From Acidimicrobiaceae bacterium (GTDB taxonomy: Bacteria > Actinomycetota > Acidimicrobiia > Acidimicrobiales > Aldehydirespiratoraceae), in NCBI GenBank assembly GCA_026706815.1, contig JAPOYA010000013.1, forward strand, positions 20,378-84,377: a DNA stretch of 64,000 nt. Direction: 5' to 3'. The notes under the pieces are model-generated. The model saw nothing but the letters and a program-made list of their open reading frames with translations, did no database searches and was not told the DNA's origin. The position numbers and the translations under genes were made by a program. Of the stretch, positions 46,762-55,240 are shown one piece after another; position 1 is the first letter of the stretch, and the number at the start of each line of letters is the position of its first letter.

Positions 46762-47919
46762 TCAGCGGTGGGCGGGGGCCATGTAGAACCAGAACGGGAA
46801 CGGCGCGTCCTGCTCCTTGAGCTGCGCGCGGGCCGCCATCATGGTCTTGCCGGCTTCGGTCTCGGTATAGAACCAAGACTCGACCGCACGCCCGCCAGGC
46901 GCCGGACCGGTCGCCAACTCGAGAGCTGCTTCGGTGTAGTAGGCCCGGATGTCGTGACAGACCGCGATCGTGATCTTGCCCGGGAGCGGAGTTTCTTCCC
47001 ATGACGCACCTTCGGCCCATTTATGCAGGACGTCGAGCGCGTCTGCAACGGTGTCGGCGTCGATGGCTCGGCCCACCGAGGTGACGCCCCGAGCCTCTAC
47101 CGCTCGGTCATAGGCCGCTCGCAGACCCTGTGCTTCATCGACCGCTGGGGGAAGCGCAGCATCGAAGCGCGGTGGAATCGAGCAGGCCAAGGGTGTTTCC
47201 TCGGACTCGATGACCAGCGGATAAGTCTCAAATGCGGGTTCGTTCGAATCGAGCAGAGCCAGAGCGCGGTTCAAGACGTCGAGTTGCAACTCAACGTCGT
47301 CAGGACGACCCAGCGGACGACCCAGCGGGAACTCGCAGTACAGCGTGCGCGGGGGCATCATCCGTTCCGCGACCTCTTTCATCGAGGCGAGCACGATCGT
47401 CGACAGACCTTCAGCTTCAAAGACGTGGGCGAGCGCACTCACGGTGCGCGTGCACTCCGGTCAAACCGGTGTCAGCACCACCACGTCGACCGCATCGGCC
47501 AGCATCTCCCTCGCGCATGCCGGGCCGGTGTCGAGACGCAGCTCGCTGACCGTCTCGGGCTGGTTGCCGGCGAAGGCGAAATGGCGGGGGGCGACGTCAC
47601 CGATCACACCCTGAGCGGCCAGTTCCTCCAGTCGGTCGATCGGGTACACGACGTTGATGTCGATCTGGAAGCCCGAGTGGTCGAAGTTGGGACTCCAGTG
47701 GCCCAGCACGATGTTGCGGTCAGCACGGTCAAGCGACCGGAACCCGGTGTCAGCCGGGGCGAAGCGATCCTGGTCGGGCCGGTGCAGCGCTGCCGAAGTC
47801 ACAATCGCAACACGAGCCTCGGCAAGTGGCTTGTCGAGTGGGGTGAACGCCGGAGCGTCGAACGTCGGCACTGGTTTCTGCGCCGCGTAGGAGCGCATTA
47901 CAGCATCTCCATCAGTCAT
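46762..47919 (-). CDS. PrdB/GrdB-family selenoprotein (in-frame UGA = Sec at 47461-47463)
   Basis: ORF-track entries 47461..47955(-) and 46762..47442(-) share one frame. Only a TGA and six sense codons separate them. Read-through gives ...DVVVLTPV-U-PECTRTVSALAHVFEAEGLSTIVL, which matches the Sec region of PrdB/GrdB (..AVLLT..UGTC.R....E..GIPT..). I place the start at ATG 47919, 9 nt after GGAGAGGAGG. Confidence 0.75.
47427..47458 (-). promoter_or_regulatory. SECIS-like hairpin immediately 3' of the in-frame UGA
   Basis: The mRNA after UGA reads CCGGAGUGCACGCGCACCGUGAGUGCGCUCGCCC. A 6-bp upper stem pairs GCGCAC (+12..+17) with GUGCGC (+23..+28) around the apical loop CGUGA. An interrupted lower stem spans +3..+11 and +29..+34. 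Confidence 0.55.
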
Positions 47920-48252
47920 GATGTCAATCCTCCTCTCCGACCGGCTCGTACCCAAGCCCCGGTCGGATCATTAGCCAGTTGAACACGCACAACGTAGTTT
48001 GAGATCTTCAGCCAAACAACGCACGGCGAGCTCGCCTCAACCCGCCTAGACGAAATGCTCGCCACCCAGCGAGCCATATCCCGCCGCTTCCAGCTTTCTC
48101 ACTGACTCGAGCCGGCGATGCTGATACCTGTCAGCGTACGGTTCACTTCCCTCGCTCCCCTCGCCGCCCGCGCGCCACGAACCGCACGACGATCCCAGTC
48201 CGGCCACTCGTGGGCCAAGCAAGGCGAAACTTGCGCGGGGGTAGGATGAAGC

Positions 48253-49617
48253 ATGTCGCTACACCCCAAGCCCCGTGATTCGGCGGTTTCCCGCACTGCT
48301 GATCCGCTTGAGCTTTCTGCGCGTGTGATCGCGTCCGGGGTGGCTGACGAGCCGACGAACCGGGTGACCAACACGCTCACCGAGATCGATGACCGAATCG
48401 CGATCGTGGAGTCTTTCTCGCACATGGTTGCCTTCTCGACCGACGCCGGTCTGGTGTGTTTCGACGCGAGCGGTGCTATGAGCGGTGCGGCTGTCGCTGA
48501 AGCTTTGCGTGGCTGGTCCAAAGAGCCAGTCGATTCGCTCGTCTACACGCATGGGCACATGGATCACGTCGGCGGCAGCGGGGCCGTCGCCGCCGATGCC
48601 GAGACTCACGGGCATCGTCCGCCACGCGTCGTCGGCCACGCCAACGTTCCTGTCCGTCTGCAGCGCTACCAAGACACGAACGGCTACAACGTGGCGATCA
48701 ACGCCCGGCAGTTCGGCGGTGTGTCGAGACGACTGAACCTGGGAAGTCTGGGAGCGGGTGTTGACCGCTTCGTGGCGCCCGACACTCTTTGGCCCGACAT
48801 CACCTACGACGACCATCTCACCGTGTCCGTCGCCGGAACGGACTTTGTTCTGCACCACGACAAGGGTGAGACCGACGATCACACCTGGGCGTGGGTGCCG
48901 GAGCACCGTGCTCTGTGCGTCGGCGATTTCGTGACCTGGGTCTTCCCCAACGCGGGAAACCCGCAGAAGGTCCAGAGATACCCGCTGGAGTGGGCCAGAG
49001 CACTCCGGCGCATGCAGGCATACGAGGCCGAACTCCTGCTTCCTGCGCATGGTCTCCCGGTCCGAGGGCAAGCAGAAGTCAACCTGATCCTAGGCGACCT
49101 CGCCGCCGCACTCGAGGGTCTGGTCGACGCCACGCTTGAGTTGATGAACGCCGGGGAATCGCTCGACACCATCCTCGGAACCGTCAAGGCATCCGAAGAC
49201 CTGCTGTCCAAAGCGTGGCTCCAACCCGTCTACGACGAACCCGAGTTCGTTGTCCGCAACATCTGGCGCCTCTACGGCGGATGGTGGGACCAGAACCCCG
49301 CGAAGCTCAAGGCGGCGAGCGAGGCCGCGTACGCAGCCGAGATCGTTGGGCTTGTGGGTGGCGAAGAACAGGTCGTCAGCCGTGCCCAGGAACTCGCCGA
49401 TGCAGGGGACTTCCGCTTGGCGTGCGAACTCATTGAACTGGCCACGAACGCCGCACCGGAGTCCATAGCGGCACACGGCGCCCGAGCGGAGATCTACATG
49501 GCCCGCCGACACGCCGAGCGATCTCTGATGGCCAAGGGCATCTACGCGGCCGCCTCCCGAGAGTCCACCGCCATCATCGACAGCGCGCTCGCCGACAAGC
49601 CCGACCAAACACTATGA
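48253..49617 (+). CDS. MBL-fold hydrolase of the alkyl/aryl-sulfatase type (MBL + dimerisation domain, no SCP2 tail)
   Basis: Has THGHMDHVGG (HxHxDH). The C-terminal helical region (NIWRLYGGWWDQNPAKL...) resembles the alkyl-sulfatase dimerisation domain. TAGGAT lies 5 nt upstream of the ATG. Confidence 0.7.
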   Translation: MSLHPKPRDSAVSRTADPLELSARVIASGVADEPTNRVTNTLTEIDDRIAIVESFSHMVAFSTDAGLVCFDASGAMSGAAVAEALRGWSKEPVDSLVYTHGHMDHVGGSGAVAADAETHGHRPPRVVGHANVPVRLQRYQDTNGYNVAINARQFGGVSRRLNLGSLGAGVDRFVAPDTLWPDITYDDHLTVSVAGTDFVLHHDKGETDDHTWAWVPEHRALCVGDFVTWVFPNAGNPQKVQRYPLEWARALRRMQAYEAELLLPAHGLPVRGQAEVNLILGDLAAALEGLVDATLELMNAGESLDTILGTVKASEDLLSKAWLQPVYDEPEFVVRNIWRLYGGWWDQNPAKLKAASEAAYAAEIVGLVGGEEQVVSRAQELADAGDFRLACELIELATNAAPESIAAHGARAEIYMARRHAERSLMAKGIYAAASRESTAIIDSALADKPDQTL

Positions 49618-50033
49618 AACCAACCAACTCAGCCTGATTCGGGGCTCCCGACCGCACTGAGCACGTCAACTATTGTCTTGCAGGTGAACGAAGACTCCGA
49701 GAGCGGATCTTGGGCTTCGTCGCCTGGCAACCGCAAGTCGATGCAACGAAGCGAGTTGAGATGACGACATCCAGTGCTCTCCGACACACGGCCCCGAGCG
49801 GTGGCGCGTCATCGCAGCGCAAAATTGCGAAGCAATGAAACACCCGTTAAAACCCGCGACGTGGCGCGACCGGACTCCATGAGAACCAATAGGACGAGCT
49901 CGAGAGGTTCCCGTAAACGGCCGACACAAGACTTCGCTGACGACCCGGTAGCACCGATGTCCTCTAATCGGCGACCGCCTGGCGAACAGACTATGTCTCC
50001 TGCCACCGAACTGAGGACCCTCATAACCTCCTG

Positions 50034-50066
50034 ATCTTAACTAGTGCGCTTTTGACTGGCAATGGT
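50034..50066. promoter_or_regulatory. 33-nt conserved motif, copy 2, upstream of the GST-like gene
   Basis: atcttaactagtgcgcttttgactggcaatggt is followed after 12 nt by TAGGCT (50079-50084). The GST-like GTG start is at 50158. Confidence 0.55.
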
Positions 50067-50157
50067 CGGCTGCATCGTTAGGCTTCGCTCGTTCAGCCTC
50101 AAGCTGATCGAACGGGTTCGCTGAGCGAAGGGACGCTATGAGCGAAAGGCGTCTGTC

Positions 50158-51204
50158 GTGACCGACCAACCGATAGTGCTAGCCGGCCAGTACGGATCGC
50201 CGTACACACGCAAAATGCGAGCGGTCCTGCGTTACCGTCGCATCCCTTTCCGCTGGATGCTGCGCGGCTCCCGCTGGGACGACCTGCCAGAGGTCCCCGT
50301 GCGGATCATTCCGGTCATTGCCTTTCCCGGTTCCGACGGCAACACCGACGGCCCCGACGCCGAGGTCATGGTCGACTCCTCGCCCCAGATAATGCGGCTC
50401 GAAACTGAGTACGCCGGCCGCAGCGTCGTCCCGGCCGATCCCGCACTGGCGTTCATCGACGCGCTGATCGAGGACTTCGCAGACGAATGGTTCACAAAGG
50501 CCATGTACCACTACCGCTGGGCGTATGAACCCGACATCGACAAGGCCGGGAAGATCCTGCCCCTCTCGCAGGATCTGCAGATGAACACTGCCGACACAGC
50601 CGCAGCTTACGACATGTTCACCTCGCGCCAGATCAAGCGAAGGGCGCTTGTGGGATCGACCGACTCCAACCAGCCCATCATCGAAGGCTCCTACCGGCGA
50701 GTGCTCGACGTCCTGCAAGCCGTGTTCGACCAACGGGACTTCCTGCTCGGGGACCGGCCGGGACGCGGCGACTTCGGACTGTTCGGACAATTGACGCAAC
50801 TTGTCGGGTTCGACCCGACATCGACGGCTGTGGCCGTTGACCGGGCACCGAAGGTCATCGCCTGGGTGGACCGGGTCGACGACCTGTCCTGGCTCCCCGT
50901 CGTTGAGGGCGCCGACGACGGTTGGCTCCCGCTCGAAGACACTGGCGCGGCCCTACGAGAAATGCTCACTGAGGCCGGACGCACCTACGCGCCGTTCATG
51001 TTGGCCAACGCAATCGCTCTGGAGTCCGGCGCAGACGAGGTCGTGTGCGAGATCGACGGCCGCGAATATCGCCAGGGCCCGTTCAAATATCAGGGCAAGT
51101 GCCTGAGGTGGCTGCGGGCCGACTACGCAGCGCTGTCCAGCGGCGACCGCGGCCGTGTCGACACAGTCCTCGAGGGGACTGGATGCAACTCCCTCTTCAG
51201 GTGA
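50158..51204 (+). CDS. glutathione S-transferase-like protein
   Basis: 348 aa with an N-terminal thioredoxin-like pattern (GSPYTRKMRAVLRYRRIPF). The RBS GAAAGG lies 8 nt before the GTG. The family call is tentative. Confidence 0.55.
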   Translation: MTDQPIVLAGQYGSPYTRKMRAVLRYRRIPFRWMLRGSRWDDLPEVPVRIIPVIAFPGSDGNTDGPDAEVMVDSSPQIMRLETEYAGRSVVPADPALAFIDALIEDFADEWFTKAMYHYRWAYEPDIDKAGKILPLSQDLQMNTADTAAAYDMFTSRQIKRRALVGSTDSNQPIIEGSYRRVLDVLQAVFDQRDFLLGDRPGRGDFGLFGQLTQLVGFDPTSTAVAVDRAPKVIAWVDRVDDLSWLPVVEGADDGWLPLEDTGAALREMLTEAGRTYAPFMLANAIALESGADEVVCEIDGREYRQGPFKYQGKCLRWLRADYAALSSGDRGRVDTVLEGTGCNSLFR

Positions 51205-51249
51205 CCCGCAGCGCTGTCCCCGCACTGAGGGCAGCGACTATGCCGTTCT

Positions 51250-51894
51250 TCATCTGTTCGGAGGCGTTCCGAGCGCGGCAATCGCACCGTAACTGATCAA
51301 GGGAACTACCAGCGATGCCTCGTTCAGCTGTTCAACGCCGAACGCACCACGGTCGACCGCCAGCACCGGCAGACCCGCGGCAACCGCCGACGCAATACCT
51401 GCAGGGGAATCCTCAACGGCGACCACCGTCTCACAATTCAGCGCCGCCGCCGCATGGCGATAGATGCCTGGAGCAGGTTTTGGCGCATCCACTTGATCAA
51501 CACCTGCGACGAAGTCGACCAGGTCGCTGAGCCCGGCCCGACCAAGCGACGAATGGACCTGAGCGATCGTCGAGTTCGACGCAACCGCAACCGGCACACC
51601 TCGCTCGCGGAGCTCGACGATCGACTCCAGCGCGTCCGCGTAGGGCTCGGTCCGATCACGCAGCGCGGCTGAAAAAGACGCTTCAAACTGCGACCCGAGC
51701 TTGGCGAGTTGATCCGGTTCCAACCACCTCGAGAAGTACGCAACGCTCTCTGAATCGGTACAGCCGGTTACCGCTCGGAGGTCTTCGAGCGTCAGCTCTA
51801 TGCCGTAGTTCGACGCCAGCGATCGCCACACTTCCCAGCCCAGTTCCTCGGTGTTCACCAGCACTCCGTCACAGTCGAACACCACGCCCATCAT
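51250..51894 (-). CDS. HAD-superfamily hydrolase (beta-phosphoglucomutase-like subfamily)
   Basis: Motif I is FDCDGVLVNTE, right after the ATG at 51894. The ORF-track start at 51963 would overlap prmA. Confidence 0.8.
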   Translation of the reverse strand: MMGVVFDCDGVLVNTEELGWEVWRSLASNYGIELTLEDLRAVTGCTDSESVAYFSRWLEPDQLAKLGSQFEASFSAALRDRTEPYADALESIVELRERGVPVAVASNSTIAQVHSSLGRAGLSDLVDFVAGVDQVDAPKPAPGIYRHAAAALNCETVVAVEDSPAGIASAVAAGLPVLAVDRGAFGVEQLNEASLVVPLISYGAIAALGTPPNR

Positions 51895-51917
51895 CGGTTC
51901 GAGTCTACGGGTTGTGG

Positions 51918-52787
51918 TCACGGGGCCCAGGATTCTGCCTTGGCAAGGATCAGAGACGACCACTCTCCAGATGTCCTGCGTTCGATCTCTTCAAGGGGGC
52001 GGAGAAAGTCGACGATCTGGGAACATTGCGAAGGCGAGATTCCAGCCACGCCGAGCCATCCCCCCGGTGACACGCGGGACACCAACTCCGGGGCGAGTTC
52101 GACGATCCCCGCTCGGGCGATGTTCGCAAGCACGACATCGAAAGTGGCGTCGATGTCGCCTAGATCAGCGGCTGTCGCCTGCAACCGATCGCTCATGGCG
52201 TTTATCTGTGCGTTGCGTTGTGCCGCTTGGATCGCTTCGGGTTTGACGTCTACCGCCACTACGCCCGCCGCACCGATCTTGAGGGCGCAGAGCCCGAGGA
52301 TCCCGCTCCCGCAGCCGACGTCAAGGACCCGCTCCCCGCCCTCGATCCGCGTCAGCAGTGCTTGGATCAACTGCCGGGTCGTGGGATGGCGTCCGCTGCC
52401 GAACCCACCCGGTCCGAGTTCGATCAACCCCGAAAGACCGCTGCGGTCATGGGTTGACCAGGCCTGGCAGACGCTGAGTCGCCCGCCGAACACGACCGGA
52501 CGGGTGTCACGAAACCACGCTTGCAGGGCAGCACCGCTGTCCGGCCTCGTCACCGCCATCGCACCCTCAGCCTGCAGCATCACCACCAAGTCCACCTCGT
52601 TGCGCCCGTCGTCTGGCGTGCCGAGCACCACCCGGCGGGTATCGCTGGGCTTGACAACCTCCAACGAACCAATACCGAGCGATCGAAGCCGGTCGCACAG
52701 TCCGGCAAGCTCGTCTTCGCTGGTCGCAACCGCGATCATCTCAACACGATGCCAGAACCGACCGGCTGAACCATCTGACCATGGCAA
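51918..52787 (-). CDS. prmA: ribosomal protein L11 methyltransferase-like SAM methyltransferase
   Basis: VLDVGCGSGILGLCA together with a PrmA-like N-terminal domain. Confidence 0.7.
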   Translation of the reverse strand: MPWSDGSAGRFWHRVEMIAVATSEDELAGLCDRLRSLGIGSLEVVKPSDTRRVVLGTPDDGRNEVDLVVMLQAEGAMAVTRPDSGAALQAWFRDTRPVVFGGRLSVCQAWSTHDRSGLSGLIELGPGGFGSGRHPTTRQLIQALLTRIEGGERVLDVGCGSGILGLCALKIGAAGVVAVDVKPEAIQAAQRNAQINAMSDRLQATAADLGDIDATFDVVLANIARAGIVELAPELVSRVSPGGWLGVAGISPSQCSQIVDFLRPLEEIERRTSGEWSSLILAKAESWAP

Positions 52788-52946
52788 CTACCGGCCGCGT
52801 TGGCGTTCCCTGAACTGCGTCAGCATCTTGCGTGCCTGCGCGATCTCTCGCTGTTGTCGTCTCCGGGTTGCCTGTCGACATGGCGACTCACAGTCTCCGA
52901 TGGATATAGTATGAATTAACGAGACAGAAATTCTGATGGAGAACTC

Positions 52947-53162
52947 ATGCGAATCTCTGAACGGGGCCAGATTACGATTCCCAAGGGCTTGCGTGATCGT
53001 TTCGGCCTCAATCACAACGTTGAGGTGGACCTCACCCCCACCGAGGGTGGGCTTCTCATCCATAAGCGGTCCGTTGCACAACATCCCATCGAAAGTGTGT
53101 ACGCGATCCTTGACAGCAGCGAGAGCACCGATGACTACATTGAGGAGATCCGGGGAAGGTGA
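52947..53162 (+). CDS. vapB: AbrB/SpoVT-type antitoxin (VapB)
   Basis: MRISERGQITIPKGLRDRFGL is a swapped-hairpin AbrB motif. A GTGA overlap joins it to the PIN gene. Confidence 0.75.
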   Translation: MRISERGQITIPKGLRDRFGLNHNVEVDLTPTEGGLLIHKRSVAQHPIESVYAILDSSESTDDYIEEIRGR

Positions 53163-53554
53163 TCACCGCAGTCGACACCAGTGTCCTCCTAGACGTCTTC
53201 TGCGGCGACGAACAGCACGGTCTTGGCTCTCGGGAACGCCTGGAAGAGGCATACGACGCGGGCGCGATTGTCATCTGCGATGTCGTGCTCGCCGAGCTCG
53301 TCCCCGCGTTCGACGACCGAACCCTCTTGGAGGAGGCGCTGCGGAAGATCAACGCGTCGCTGTCGCCCATCACCACAGACATCGCCCACGAGGCGGGCTT
53401 GCGCTGGCTGCGATACCGCCGAGCCGGTGGGCCGCGCACTCGAATCATCACCGATTTCCTGATCGGAGCCCATGCCCTCGGTGCCGCCGACGCCTTTCTG
53501 ACGCGCGACCGAGGTTTCTACCACACCTATTTCCCCGAACTCACCACCGCCTGA
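53159..53554 (+). CDS. vapC: PIN-domain ribonuclease toxin (VapC)
   Basis: Acidic PIN residues are present (AVDTSVLLD..., ...VLAEL..., ...TDFLIGAHA..., ...LTRD). Confidence 0.8.
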   Translation: MITAVDTSVLLDVFCGDEQHGLGSRERLEEAYDAGAIVICDVVLAELVPAFDDRTLLEEALRKINASLSPITTDIAHEAGLRWLRYRRAGGPRTRIITDFLIGAHALGAADAFLTRDRGFYHTYFPELTTA

Positions 53555-53734
53555 GCACCAAACGACAACAATTCACGATTGGCGTTAGGTCACAACCCAA
53601 TCAATGATGGCGCAATGACCGTCCTGAAATCCCTAGTGACAACTAACTGCGAACGGGCTTCGGTCAGCCACCATCACTCGCGGGCCGAAGTCGAGCGCGT
53701 GCTCACCACCGTCAACCGGCTCGCCGGTACCTAG

Positions 53735-55240
53735 ATGCGCCGGGGCGGCCGGGTCGCGAACCGGAACCACCAGCCGAGGCTCGCCACCACCCCAGCGCCG
53801 GTCGGCGGCGCGTTCCAACCTCTGCCGGACCGAGATCGCGACGCGCTCATCGACCACGCCTTCACCATCCTCGAGCAGGTCGGGATGGCGGGCGCGCCCT
53901 CCCGCTACGCGGCTCGTCTCAAGGATCTGGGAGCGATCGAGCGCGACGACGGTCGGCTGCTCCTACCGCGCCTGATGGTGGAAGCGGCGCTCGAGCGGGC
54001 GCCCTCCAGAGTGTCGCTGCCGGGCTTTTGTGAGGACCGCGGCATCACCATCGGCCGAGAGGGTGTTCACATCGGCACCGGAGGCGCAGCGGTGCTCACC
54101 CTCGAAGGCGCGACCGGCGCCTACCGCGACTCAACGCTCGCTGACCTCTGGACGATGATGCGAGTGCTCGACGAGTGCCCGAACATCCACTACGGTCTGC
54201 GTCCCCTCGTCGCCCGAGACGTGGTCGGCGAGCTCGCCCTAGACGTCAACACCGCGTTCGCGAACACTGCGGCCTCGTCCAAGCCGACCGGGATCAGCTT
54301 CACTTCGGCGGCCAGCGTCGGTCCGGTCGTCGACCTGTTCGACGTCGCGCTCGGCGGCGAGGGGCGATTTGCGCGCCAGCCCTTCTCGATGGCTGTCGTG
54401 GTCCACGTGGTCCCGCCTCTTCGCTTCTCGCCCGAGGGTTGCGAAATCATGGCTTCGGCCATCGAACGGGGCATGATCGTGCAAACCTGCTCGGCGGGCC
54501 AGGCCGGGGCCACCAGCCCTCCGTCGCTCGCGGGAAGCCTGGCCCAGGGAGTAGCCGAAGTCTTGGCCGGCGTCGTGTTGGCCGACTCGATCAAGCCCGG
54601 TCATCCCTGCATCCATGCGTTCATGCCGTTCATCTCCGATCTCCGCAGCGGTGCGATGACAGGCGGGAGCGGGGAGGCCGCCGTGGCCAGCGCTGCCGCG
54701 GCCCAGCTCATGGCGACCTTGGAGATCCCCCACGCCGTGTCGGCCGGGATTACCGAGTCGAAAACAGCCGACAGCCAGGCCGGATACGAGAAGGGTTACA
54801 CGGTGGCCCTCGCCGCCCACGCGGGAGCCGACATGGTGCAGCTATCGGTGGGGATGCTGGGCTCGATCATGGTCGCGAGCCCTGAGATCCTCGTCATCGA
54901 CAACGACATGTGCGGTGCCATCCTGCGATCCGTGCGAGGGGTGGAGGTCGAGCCTGACTACCTCAACATCGACATCATCAACGAAGCGGTAACCGGGGAG
55001 GGCCACTACCTGGGGCACACCCAGACCCTTGAACTGATGCGCAGCGAGTACGTCTACCCGCAACTGGGCGATCGGGCGTCGGTCGACGACTGGGTCGCAA
55101 AGGGAGCGCCCAGCCTCTGGAGTCGGGCCCGGGATCGGGTCGACGAGATCGCCGCCGCGGGCCGACCGGGCCATCTTTCTGTTGAGGCCGAATCGGCGAT
55201 CCGGTCGCGGTTCCCCATTCTTCTGCCGGAAATTAGATGA
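53735..55240 (+). CDS. MttB-superfamily methyltransferase, non-pyrrolysine type
   Basis: 501 aa with an RRGGR N-terminus and an MttB-like TIM-barrel pattern. There is no internal TAG. An ATGA overlap joins it to the downstream dehydrogenase. Confidence 0.75.
   Translation: MRRGGRVANRNHQPRLATTPAPVGGAFQPLPDRDRDALIDHAFTILEQVGMAGAPSRYAARLKDLGAIERDDGRLLLPRLMVEAALERAPSRVSLPGFCEDRGITIGREGVHIGTGGAAVLTLEGATGAYRDSTLADLWTMMRVLDECPNIHYGLRPLVARDVVGELALDVNTAFANTAASSKPTGISFTSAASVGPVVDLFDVALGGEGRFARQPFSMAVVVHVVPPLRFSPEGCEIMASAIERGMIVQTCSAGQAGATSPPSLAGSLAQGVAEVLAGVVLADSIKPGHPCIHAFMPFISDLRSGAMTGGSGEAAVASAAAAQLMATLEIPHAVSAGITESKTADSQAGYEKGYTVALAAHAGADMVQLSVGMLGSIMVASPEILVIDNDMCGAILRSVRGVEVEPDYLNIDIINEAVTGEGHYLGHTQTLELMRSEYVYPQLGDRASVDDWVAKGAPSLWSRARDRVDEIAAAGRPGHLSVEAESAIRSRFPILLPEIR

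Noticed and set aside
53732-53734. An in-frame TAG immediately upstream of the MttB-family start, considered as a possible pyrrolysine codon.
   Set aside because: The upstream in-frame translation (MTVLKSLVTTNCERASVSHHHSRAEVERVLTTVNRLAGT) has no MttB-like character. Pyl in true MttB lies deep inside the protein (around residue 334), not at the N-terminus. There is no internal TAG in the gene.
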